This document shows, piece after piece, positions 11,306 to 21,131 of a stretch of DNA of 64,000 bases. A model generated the notes under the pieces. It saw only the letters and a list, made by a program, of their open reading frames with translations, ran no database searches and was not told the origin of the DNA. Each line of letters opens with the position of its first letter. The stretch's first letter is position 1. The translations under genes and the position numbers were made by a program. Source of the DNA: an uncultured Acidobacteriota bacterium (GTDB taxonomy: Bacteria; Acidobacteriota; Blastocatellia; RBC074); the NCBI GenBank assembly GCA_963796275.1, contig CAWCKY010000004.1, positions 480,001 through 544,000 on the forward strand. Reading direction: 5' to 3'.

Positions 11306-12466
11306 TCATTTAAGTCGCTCGACGATGGTCGCCGTGGCCATCCCGTGTCCGGCGCACATCACCTGCAACCCGAACTGTCCATCGACCGCATCGAGCCCGG
11401 CCAACAGCTTCGCCATCAGTATCGAGCCGGTAGCCCCGATCGGGTGGCCGTGGGCGATTGCGCCGCCCCACGGATTGACTTTCGACATATCGGGGTTCAA
11501 TTCCCGAGCCCACGAGATCACGACTGTAGCAAAAGCTTCGTTTATCTCGATCCGGTCAAGGTCCTTCATCGCCAGGCCGGCCTTATCGAGCGCAAGCCTG
11601 GTCGCCGGTATCACGCCGTCGAGTTGCATCGTCGGATCACTGCCCACCGCGATGCGCGCGCGGAACCTGGCACGAGGTTTGAACCCATCGGCTTGGGCGA
11701 CCTCGCGGTTTGCTACCAAGACCACTCCTGAACCATCGGATATCTGCGATGAATTCGCCGCAGTGACGACGCCGTTGCCGTTCGGGCGAAAGACCGCCGG
11801 CAGCGCCGCCATCTTCTCCATATTGATTACGTCGCGAATGCCTTCGTCGCGCGCGAGCGCAAAATTCCGAGCTTCCGCGTCAAGTCCGGGCGTCGGCGTT
11901 ATTTCAGTGTGCAATCCAGCGTTCGCCGCGGCGCCGGCTCGGCGATGGCTTTCGGCGGCGAATTCGTCGACCTCTCTGCGGGAGATATTCCATCTATCGG
12001 CAAGGCGCTCGGCGCTCTCTCCCTGATGAATCAGATCGTAATGTTCGCGCATCGCCAGGTAGATTTTCTTCCAGACCTCGCCGCCGTCGCTGCCCATCGG
12101 GACGCGCGTCATGCTCTCTACGCCCGATGCCAGAACGTAATCCATGTCTCCCGCCGCGATGGCTTGCGCAGCGAAATGGATCGCCTGCTGCCCTGAACTG
12201 CAAAAACGGTTGAGCGTTACGCCCGGGACGGTGATCGGCAGCCCCGCCAGCAAGGCCGTGCGGCGCGCGATGTTCATCCCCTGCTCGTTGAGCTGAGATA
12301 CGCAGCCGACGATCAGGTCTCCGATCCTATTCGGATCAACTCCGGTCTTTCTGACCAACGACTGCAAGGCATGCGCGAGCAATTGATCGGGCCGCGTCTC
12401 GCGATAGGCGCCATTAAACTTTCCGATGGGAGTGCGAAGCGCATCGATGATTACCGGTTCCGGCAT
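11306..12466 (-). CDS. Thiolase (acetyl-CoA acyltransferase)
   Basis: [34 protein letters not shown]. Confidence 0.95.
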   Translation of the reverse strand: MPEPVIIDALRTPIGKFNGAYRETRPDQLLAHALQSLVRKTGVDPNRIGDLIVGCVSQLNEQGMNIARRTALLAGLPITVPGVTLNRFCSSGQQAIHFAAQAIAAGDMDYVLASGVESMTRVPMGSDGGEVWKKIYLAMREHYDLIHQGESAERLADRWNISRREVDEFAAESHRRAGAAANAGLHTEITPTPGLDAEARNFALARDEGIRDVINMEKMAALPAVFRPNGNGVVTAANSSQISDGSGVVLVANREVAQADGFKPRARFRARIAVGSDPTMQLDGVIPATRLALDKAGLAMKDLDRIEINEAFATVVISWARELNPDMSKVNPWGGAIAHGHPIGATGSILMAKLLAGLDAVDGQFGLQVMCAGHGMATATIVERLK

Positions 12467-12560
12467 GACGTCCTCCTTTTTAATATTACGCTAGAATGGG
12501 CAATGGCTTTATACTCTGAACCGCCCGATGCGGCAAGACTAACTGTGCCCTGAACATTTC

Positions 12561-12668
12561 CTCACGCAAAACCATAAATACGAGAGAGGAGAAGATAATA
12601 AGATGCTTAGAAGTTCTGCTTTTCCTCTATTCCCTACTCCTCTTTGAGTCTTCGCGTCTTTGCGTGAG
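12561..12668. repeat. REP-like intergenic inverted repeat
   Basis: CTCACGCAAA ... CTTCGCGTCTTTGCGTGAG terminal inverted repeats. Confidence 0.6.
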
Positions 12669-12724
12669 AATTCCCGGCACGAATGCTTCGATCTTTGATT
12701 TCCGAAAAGTTGAGGATAACCGAT

Positions 12725-14152
12725 ATGACAAACTCCACAATATCACGACGTCGCTTGATGAAGCTGGGTTTCGGCGCTGCTACAGCGGCCGGCCTCATAT
12801 CTGCGCCTGGAACTGGCGCTGAGATGGCGGAATCCGATTCATCGCCTTTCGCCAGAAATGGTAGCGACGGCGAGCATTTCACCGCTGCATCCCAACGCGC
12901 CTATTCGTTTCTGGGGGCGATGATGGATGCCTATGCGCAAGGATCGACCTTGCGCCTCGTACAGAGCTACACAGACCAGCAGGGATTATCAAGCACTGCT
13001 TTCACATACGACAATGCACAGGTCATCAATGCGTATCTTATGCGCAGACGCTGGGATGATATAGCCAGGGCGCGGGTGATCGGCGACGCCCTGTTGTACG
13101 CTCAGCGAAATGACCCTGACTTCAATGACGGGCGGCTGCGCCAGGCATATTTCGTAGACCAGCCTGACGCGAATGGCGTCTTCCTCAGGCTGGCCCTTGC
13201 GCCATTTTTCTTCGTCGGGAGCGCAGTCGGCGACATGTCCTGGGCCGGGATGGCACTGGCGCAGCTCTCTGCCCGGACTGGAGACCGCAAATATCTCGAT
13301 GGAGCGGTCAGCCTCGGCAACTGGATATTCAACGTAACATTTGACCAACGCGGCCCGGGCGGCTACAACTTCGGCGTGGACGGTGGGAATAATCTGTTGC
13401 TATTCAAGTCAACCGAACACAACATCGATGTCTACGCTCTTTTCGGTATGCTCGCTCGACTGACCGGCGACGACCTCTGGTCAGAACGGGCAGAACATGC
13501 CCGTAATTTCCTCAATTCAATGTGGAATGCTGAGGCGAGGTTTTTCTGGACCGGAACTGGAGCGGATGGCGCAACCATCAATCGGGATAACATCCCCGCG
13601 GACACTCAGACATGGTCATATATGGCGTTACTGGATGACCAATTCGCAGATTCGATCGATTGGGCAAAGACGAACCTGGCCACCACCGATACGCCGCAGA
13701 CGATCAACAGCCGACTGACGGGAAACATTCGCATTCAGGGCTCAAGTTATGCCAGCTTAAGTATGCGAGCGCTCGCGCCGTCTTCGGAATTCGATGAGCC
13801 GCCTGACCCGAACGCTGTTTGGCTCGAAGGAAGCGCTCACCTGGCCGCTTCGTTGTCAGCTCGCCGACAATCTTCCAGGCACGACATCGACGGGTTCGAC
13901 GGAGACCGGGAGACAGCGCGATTTCTGCTCGATAACATCGCTCTGGCACAGGAGAAATTGGGACAAGGCCAGACGGTCGGCGGGAGAGCGCTGCCGGACG
14001 CACAAGGCGTAGTTGCATCCACCAGCGTCGTCAATACAGGATTCGGCTTCTCCTTTTACCCGAATCGACATGTGGGAGCTACTTCCTGGTACCTGATCGC
14101 CGATCAATCAGGCAATCCATTCCAACTCGGTTTTCGTAAAAACCGAGATTAG
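12725..14152 (+). CDS. Tat-exported (alpha/alpha)6 glycosidase-like protein
   Basis: Twin-arginine signal SRRRLMKLG; helical-repeat motifs TYDNA, GDMSWAGMAL, KSTEHNID, VWLEGS. Confidence 0.7.
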   Translation: MTNSTISRRRLMKLGFGAATAAGLISAPGTGAEMAESDSSPFARNGSDGEHFTAASQRAYSFLGAMMDAYAQGSTLRLVQSYTDQQGLSSTAFTYDNAQVINAYLMRRRWDDIARARVIGDALLYAQRNDPDFNDGRLRQAYFVDQPDANGVFLRLALAPFFFVGSAVGDMSWAGMALAQLSARTGDRKYLDGAVSLGNWIFNVTFDQRGPGGYNFGVDGGNNLLLFKSTEHNIDVYALFGMLARLTGDDLWSERAEHARNFLNSMWNAEARFFWTGTGADGATINRDNIPADTQTWSYMALLDDQFADSIDWAKTNLATTDTPQTINSRLTGNIRIQGSSYASLSMRALAPSSEFDEPPDPNAVWLEGSAHLAASLSARRQSSRHDIDGFDGDRETARFLLDNIALAQEKLGQGQTVGGRALPDAQGVVASTSVVNTGFGFSFYPNRHVGATSWYLIADQSGNPFQLGFRKNRD

Positions 14153-14333
14153 CAGCGGGATGGAGTGCTAAAATCTCCGAGGTCTGATGGCCTTTGAATA
14201 ATAATGCGACCGCGCGGGGCAGACCTGTGTGTTATTTGTGTGTCTGCCCCATATGCGGTACCGCATTGATGCATTTATTTTTTTCAAAAACCAGCAGACC
14301 TACAAACCCTAGTTTTCAGTTGGGTTTTCTGCA

Positions 14334-17300
14334 ATGCCTAAACATAATCTCCCAATCATTACCCTCATCCAATCGTTTGAGAACGAGACCTATCTAGCCG
14401 AAGCCCTCTTCTTCCCGGAAGCGCTCCGTTTTCACGATCAAGTCGCCAAGGCGAAGGAAAGCCTGCTCGCAAATTTGCGTCAGCTGGTCGAAGAGATGGC
14501 GCATTCGTCCATTTACCAGCGCCACTACTCCGGCGAGCCCGAGGCCGGCGTAGTCGAAATAACCATCGATCCGCCGCAAAAATCTCTCGCCTGGCGCAAG
14601 CCGATTACTCTCAGGATTCCGATCGTGCGGTGGAGTCACGGCGATGTCGCGCAGATAGCATATGTCCCTACGCTCGGCATCGAAGTCGTGGCGACAAGCC
14701 CGCCTTCCAGGGCGGCGCTCAATAAACTCGTCACACAGCATATCCGCCTGGCGCTGGGAAGAACTGATCGGCTTAATTCGCTCGGTAAACTCATCAGGTT
14801 GGAACGCCCGTGCGAATTGCGGATCGAGCATCTCTCGATCGAGGTTCCGCTGCAAACTCCCAAACGGATAGCAGCGCGCGATCAGGAGAGAGACGAGACC
14901 AGGCAATCGGTGCTCGCTGAAGCGGCGACTGATCTGACCAAAGAAAATCTTGCGCCGGCTTACGAAGTGGGCGAAGCAGTCACGCAACTAGCCGAAAGTT
15001 TGACCGGCCGCTTCCCGCGCAGCGTTCTGCTCGTCGGCCGTTCGGGCGCAGGCAAGACCGCCATCGTTTATGAGCTCGTGAGGCGTCGCTCCGACTTGCA
15101 GCTCGGCCAGACGCCGTTCTGGACGACGAACGGATCGCGGCTGGTCGCCGGGATGTCGGGCTTCGGCCAGTGGCAGGAGCGATGCCAGAAGATCTGGCGC
15201 GAGGCCGCGCAGACGCACGCCGTCATATATCTCGGCAACCTGATAGAGTTGATGGAAGTCGGCAAGAGCATCGGTAACAGCCAGGGGATTGCCAGTTTTT
15301 TACGCCCGTATATCGAGCGCGGCGATGTATTGTCGATAGCCGAATGCACGCCTGAGCAGCTGACGCTCATCGAGCGCACTGAACCCCGTTTGCTCGAAGC
15401 CTTCCACCAGTTCAGGATTGAAGAGCCTTCCGCGGAACGCAGTAGAAATATCCTGCTCAACGTCGCTCTCGCGCAGTGCAGCGAGGCGGGAGCCGAAGCC
15501 GGCATCGAGCTCGAAGGCATCGAACGCATTGATCAACTGCACAGACGATATGCCACTTATTCCGCCTATCCCGGGAGACCGCTTCGTTTTCTCAAGAATC
15601 TGCTGCAGGATCATCTGAAAACCAACAGAAACCCGATGACTGCCGAAGATGTGACCGCGGCCTTCTCGCGCGAAACGGGGCTGCCGCGCGTGCTGCTGGA
15701 CGAGACGGAGAAGCTCGATCTCGAAGAGACGCGCGCCTGGTTCACCTCGCACGTAATCGGACAGCCCGATGCGGTCGATCTGATCGTCGACCTGCTTGCG
15801 ATGGTCAAGGCGGGGCTCACGCGCCCGCGCAAACCCATCGCGTCGCTCCTCTTCATCGGGCCGACCGGTGTGGGTAAAACCGAAATGGCCAAATCGCTCG
15901 CCGAGTTTCTTTTTCAGGACCGGCAACGGCTTGTGCGTTTCGATATGAGCGAATATGCGGATCCGATCGCCGTCAACCGGCTTATCGGGGGCACGTTCGG
16001 CTCCGAAGGGCTATTGACGGCCAGGGTGCGCGAACAACCATTCGCCGTCGTCCTCCTCGACGAATTCGAGAAGGCGCATCCGCTCTTCTTCGATCTTCTG
16101 CTGCAGGTGTTGGGCGAGGGCCGGCTGACCGATGCGATCGGGCGCGTCGCCGATTTTTCGAATGCCGTCGTGATCATGACATCGAACTTGGGTTCGGAAG
16201 CATTCCAGCGCGGTTTGATCGGCTTTGGCGATGCAGCAGCAATGCGGCGCGCTGCGAACAACCATTTCATCAACGCCGTGCGGCAGGCTTTGCGCCCGGA
16301 GATGTTCAATCGCATCGACCGTATAGTTCCCTTCGCCCCGCTCGAGGAAGAAACGGTCTTTCGCATCGCGGAGCGCGAGATCGAACGCATCGGGAAACGC
16401 GACGGGATATATTACCGCGGCGCCACCCTTAATTTACGGGCGGGCGTGATTGAGCATCTGGCGCGCCGCGGATACGATGCGCGTTATGGAGCCCGGCCGT
16501 TGAAGCGCGCGATCGAACGTGAGCTCCTCGTACCGCTCTCCGAAGAGTTGAACAACCAGCAGCAGGATGGCGCATTGATCCTCGATATATCGATCGAAAA
16601 AGATAGTCTGAAAATCAATATCCTGCCGGCGCTTGAAAACATCGGTAAACATCCATCCGCGAACACGGCGGGAGGCTCGCTGGCGGCGCTGGCGAGCCAG
16701 TACGGTGAGACGCGGCGAGAGGTGCAGAGACTGGAATCCAGCCCGTCTGCGCTCAACCTGCGTAACGAGATATTCACGCTAGAGCGATTGGTGAAGCGAT
16801 TGGAAAGGGCAAAATGGAAAAGCCCGGCGGACCTGGCGCGCATCGTCGAGCTGCCCCGGCTCAATAGTGCCCTGAAGGCAATCAATGAATTCGCCAGGCG
16901 GATGACAGCGCTCGAACATCAAGCCTTACTCGCAGTCTACGGGAAGGTCGATGCGAATGCGGAACTCCTCAAAGCGCGACTCGATGCGGCGGACGGCGAG
17001 TGGATCGAACTGCTCATCTCGACCTACTCACTCAGGTTTAAAGATCCGGATAGGATAACGCTCGCCGTTTACAGTGAAGATGTTTCCGCATTGTTCATGC
17101 TGGCAGGAGGATATTATCAATTGGCGAGGAAATACGGCGCTGAAATCGCGGCATATCAGTTCTGCGCGAAGCGGGACGAGCGGCCGAAATCCCGGGCGGC
17201 CGGGGTTTCTCAAATCGATGGCAGGAAGATCGAAAATTTCGAGCTTTTCCTCTCCACGCCTCGCGATGTTGTAATCGGCATCGCGCTGGGCCTCGAATTT

Positions 17301-17612
17301 CCGCTGGCCTATCCCAGCCTCGAAGCCGAACGTGGGCTTCACCAATTCATGCGTGCGAAAAAGGCGACCAAGTGCCTGGTGGAGGTCGGTGAAAAAGAGG
17401 TCTCTGCTTACCAGCCGCCCGCTGGCATTGAACGCCATGGCGCGATCGGACATCAGGAAAAGCGCCGCAGTTATAACATCGATCAATCGTTCATCGAAGA
17501 CGCCTTCTTGCGGCGGAAAACCCCGTGGCCGGGCCGCGCTCTCGATGATGCCATGGGCGAGTTGATAGAAGAATGTCTCCTGATGAAGGCGAGAATGTTG
17601 ATTGACGAGTAG
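14334..17612 (+). CDS. ClpA/B-like double AAA+ ATPase 1 with C-terminal release-factor (PCRF)-like domain
   Basis: Walker A GRSGAGKT and GPTGVGKT; FDMSEY, LLDEFEKAHP, GEGRLTD, IMTSNLG, PEMFNRID, YGARPLKR; C-terminus AYPSLEAERGLHQF and RRSYNID resemble RF2. Confidence 0.9.
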   Translation: MPKHNLPIITLIQSFENETYLAEALFFPEALRFHDQVAKAKESLLANLRQLVEEMAHSSIYQRHYSGEPEAGVVEITIDPPQKSLAWRKPITLRIPIVRWSHGDVAQIAYVPTLGIEVVATSPPSRAALNKLVTQHIRLALGRTDRLNSLGKLIRLERPCELRIEHLSIEVPLQTPKRIAARDQERDETRQSVLAEAATDLTKENLAPAYEVGEAVTQLAESLTGRFPRSVLLVGRSGAGKTAIVYELVRRRSDLQLGQTPFWTTNGSRLVAGMSGFGQWQERCQKIWREAAQTHAVIYLGNLIELMEVGKSIGNSQGIASFLRPYIERGDVLSIAECTPEQLTLIERTEPRLLEAFHQFRIEEPSAERSRNILLNVALAQCSEAGAEAGIELEGIERIDQLHRRYATYSAYPGRPLRFLKNLLQDHLKTNRNPMTAEDVTAAFSRETGLPRVLLDETEKLDLEETRAWFTSHVIGQPDAVDLIVDLLAMVKAGLTRPRKPIASLLFIGPTGVGKTEMAKSLAEFLFQDRQRLVRFDMSEYADPIAVNRLIGGTFGSEGLLTARVREQPFAVVLLDEFEKAHPLFFDLLLQVLGEGRLTDAIGRVADFSNAVVIMTSNLGSEAFQRGLIGFGDAAAMRRAANNHFINAVRQALRPEMFNRIDRIVPFAPLEEETVFRIAEREIERIGKRDGIYYRGATLNLRAGVIEHLARRGYDARYGARPLKRAIERELLVPLSEELNNQQQDGALILDISIEKDSLKINILPALENIGKHPSANTAGGSLAALASQYGETRREVQRLESSPSALNLRNEIFTLERLVKRLERAKWKSPADLARIVELPRLNSALKAINEFARRMTALEHQALLAVYGKVDANAELLKARLDAADGEWIELLISTYSLRFKDPDRITLAVYSEDVSALFMLAGGYYQLARKYGAEIAAYQFCAKRDERPKSRAAGVSQIDGRKIENFELFLSTPRDVVIGIALGLEFPLAYPSLEAERGLHQFMRAKKATKCLVEVGEKEVSAYQPPAGIERHGAIGHQEKRRSYNIDQSFIEDAFLRRKTPWPGRALDDAMGELIEECLLMKARMLIDE

Positions 17613-17680
17613 TATTGGAACAGGAAATACTGCTCGGGCATTCCGGCCGCGCATTTTTATGCTAGTGACGTACTAAAGAT

Positions 17681-20600
17681 ATGAACCTCACCATTCCAAT
17701 CTACATCGAGCAATTGCCGCAAGAGGGGCAGTCGACGCCGGTCTATGCCGTGCGCCCGCTCTTCTTTCCCGATCCGATCGGCCTCGATGTTGAGCTGCAG
17801 CGAGCGCTGGCGAAGTTTGCCAAGGCGATGAGGCGTGATCTCGATAGCAGAGGGCGTGCGATGCGCCACGATTCTCTCGCAGAATACTGCTTCGCGCCTG
17901 AAGTCGATGAGGAATTGATCACACTCGCGCTAGATCCTGAAAACGCGCACGGCTCGCTGTTCGTTCCTCTTCGTCACGATCAACGGCTTCGATCGCCGCA
18001 TTGCATTCACCCCGAACCTGCCTCATCTCTGGTTCGAACTCGAGCGGGGTGAAGACCTGCATATGCGGGCAACGGAAGTTCTGACCAGCTACTTCCGCGG
18101 GAAAGAGAAAAGCGGCGGCGCAACGCTAGCGAAACCCGAGGAAATCTCGGTTCAGCACAAGGCGTGGGCGAGCACCATCGAGATCGAAATTCACCCGCCG
18201 CCGCTCGCCAAAACACCTCGCGAAAATTTCCGCGCGATGCTGAGCGGCGGTGAGCTGATGGATGGCGAGTGGGAATTGCAGCAGATCGGCCGCTGCCTTG
18301 ACTGGCTCTATCCCAATGAACTCAAGCGCGTCGTCGCGCGCGATAAAGAAGTCGAAGAACTGACGAATCTGCTGAAATCCACCGATCGTCGCCCCGTCAT
18401 CTTACTCGGCGCTCGGATGGTCGGAAAGACAGCAGTAATCGAGGAGTGCGTTTATCGAAAAGTCGAAAGACAAAAATCGAAATTCCGATCTCGCAACAAC
18501 GTCTGGCTGATCGCGCCGCAGCGGCTGATCTCGGGTATGTCCTACGTCGGACAATGGGAGAACCGCTTGCTCGCGATCATCGATGAAGCTAAAAAGCGGA
18601 ACCACATCCTCTACTTCGACGACCTGCTCGGTTTATTCAAAGCCGGCATCAGCCGCGATGCCAACCTTAACGCCGCCCAGGTGTTGAAACCATATCTGGA
18701 GCGCCGCGAAGTGCGCGTCGTGGCCGAGATCACGCCCGAGGCATGGCGGGTGCTGCGCGAACAGGATCGCGGATTCGCCGATCTTTTTCATATTTTTCCC
18801 GTCAATGAGCCTGATGAAAATGCCGCGCTCGAAATGCTGCTTGGCCTGATGCGCCAATTGGAGCATCAGCATCATTGCCGGTTCAATCTCGACAGCTTGC
18901 CGGCGGCGCTCGATCTGCAGCGGCGATATGTGCGCGATGCGGCCTTCCCCGGCAAAGCCGCCGTGTTCCTCCGGCAGCTTGCAGTCAAGTATCGCGGAGA
19001 GATGATTGGCCGCGAATCGGTGCTGGCGGAGTTCAGGGCGAAGAGCGGATTGGCGCCCTGGTTCATCGGCGACCACGCCTTTAGCCGCTCCACCGTAATC
19101 GAATTTCTGGGAAGAGAGGTCATCGGACAAACGGCCGCTCTCGCAGCGGTAACCGATGCCGTTTGTGTGGCGAAAGCCCGTCTTAACGATCCCGATCGCC
19201 CGCTCGCTTCTTTCCTATTCCTCGGTCCGACCGGTGTAGGTAAAACGCAATGCGCCAAATCGCTCGCGCGCTTCCTTTTCGGTGATGCGGAAAGACTGAT
19301 CCGCTTCGATATGAACGAATTCATCTCTCCCGGTTCGGTGGCACGTCTGGCCGGCACTTTCGATCAGCCCGAAGGTCTTTTGACGAATGCCGTGCGCAGA
19401 CAACCGTTCTCTGTCGTGTTGCTCGATGAGATTGAAAAAGCGCATCGCGATGTATTCAACCTGCTGCTTCAGGTCATGGGTGATGGGAGATTGACCGACG
19501 CGCTGGGACGGACGGCGGACTTCACGAATGTCATTTTGATCATGACCTCGAACCTAGGCGTCAAGGAAGCGGGAAGCGAACTGGGCTTCTGGTCACAGCA
19601 AACGAATGAAGGAAGCATATACAGGCAGGCCGCCGAGCGTTTTTTCAGCCCGGAGTTCTTCAACCGCGTTGACCGCATCGTGCCGTTCCAACGGTTGGAC
19701 CGCGAAGCCGTCCAGCAGATCGCGGGTCAGCTGATCTCACAACTCTTCCAGCGCGAGGGCCTGGCGCGGCGCAGATGCGTGTTGAACGCCGATGAACGCG
19801 CGCTCGCGCAGATCATCGATAAAGGCTTCCACCCCCAGCTGGGCGCGCGCGCCTTGAAACGGGCGATCGAGAGTGAACTGGCGCAGCCGGTTGCGAAATA
19901 TCTCGCGTCTTCTCAACAGCCCTCTCCCACAGTCATCAATGTCCTGCCGTCGCCGGGCGCGCTGCGGGTCGAGATTCAGGAATTGGTGGAGGCAACATCT
20001 CCGGAGAACTCGGTCGCGCAGCTCCTGCAGGATCCGCGAGCGGCGTTGGCGCGCATCGAGGATTTCATCGATCGGACCGAGGCCGAGATAGCTCGCCTGC
20101 AGCCTGAAGGGGCGATTTCGATCGATGCCGTGCAACCGCAGCATCGCCGATATTTCGCGATGCGCGAGCAGATCGGCAATTTGAGGCGCTACTGCGACCG
20201 GATGCGCGGCCGGATCGAAGCATCATCTAGAGCTCGATTGCGATTGACCAGAAATTACGTACGCGCTTCCCGCCGCCCGCAGGTTTTCGGGCATCTCGAA
20301 AATCACGTTCGGCAGGTATGGAAATCATTGTTCGCCGCTGAAGACATGTACGCTTATCTGACCGACCTTGCAGCAATAAGCGGGGGGGCCGGGGGCGGCG
20401 ATGATGCGATCGAAAATCAACTGGCGGATATCATTTGCGAAGCGGCGCTTTTATCGATGCTCGCCGGCGGTGACGATGAGAGAGGCAATTGCCACGCGCT
20501 GGTGATGATCCGTTTCCTGGAAAGAAGTCTATTGAGTAGATGGACGCAATTGAGTTCGACATATTTCGAACTTTTCAGCAATCAGTTCGGAATGGATGTT

Positions 20601-21005
20601 AAATACCTGGAGCACGACAAATTTCATCCGGATGTATGGTTGCTGGTGCAGGGTTGGCAGGCCGTGAGGCTGGCCGAGATCGAGGCAGGGACACAACTCT
20701 TCATCCTGACAGAGGAGGTGATTGAGCCCATGCAAATCAAAGTCTTGCCGCTCGAACCTGATGCCGATCCTCGCTCGCAGATTGCCGATTACCGCAGGCG
20801 CCACGGTCTGCAACTGCCGTCGGATGCAGCGGGGGAGAACGGGTTCTTGCAATTCGATCCGGTGATCCGGATACATCACAGTCAGAGCTCAGGCGCGATC
20901 GTCGATCTTCGTTCGGGATTGACTACAACGAATATTCTCTCGCCGGAGAACCTGCGCAAACTGTTGTTGTCAGCGCTGCCGTTGCCGCCCGAGTTGAGTG
21001 AATAA
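17681..21005 (+). CDS. ClpA/B-like double AAA+ ATPase 2 with C-terminal release-factor-like domain (+1 frameshift near 17936 joins ORFs 17681-18052 and 18063-21005)
   Basis: The frame of the 980-aa ORF is open from 17934 (LKTRTARCSFLFVTINGFDRRIAFTPNLPHLWF); GARMVGKT, GPTGVGKT, LLDEIEKAH, LGARALKR; C-terminal VIRIHH...IVDLRSG. Confidence 0.85.
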
Positions 21006-21131
21006 ACAAGCGATCAGGGGAAACAAAAAAGTAAAACCGATAAAAATGACCAAAACATATTTTGCCTATTTTGCCTTTCGTCTCTTTTTGATTCCCGTTA
21101 AACTCGACATTTCTTTATCAGCAAAAAACAC

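Noticed and set aside
17925-17945. prfB-type programmed frameshift
   Set aside because: No CTT-TGA slippery stop in the zero frame and no properly spaced internal SD; two other single-base insertions in the window point to error.
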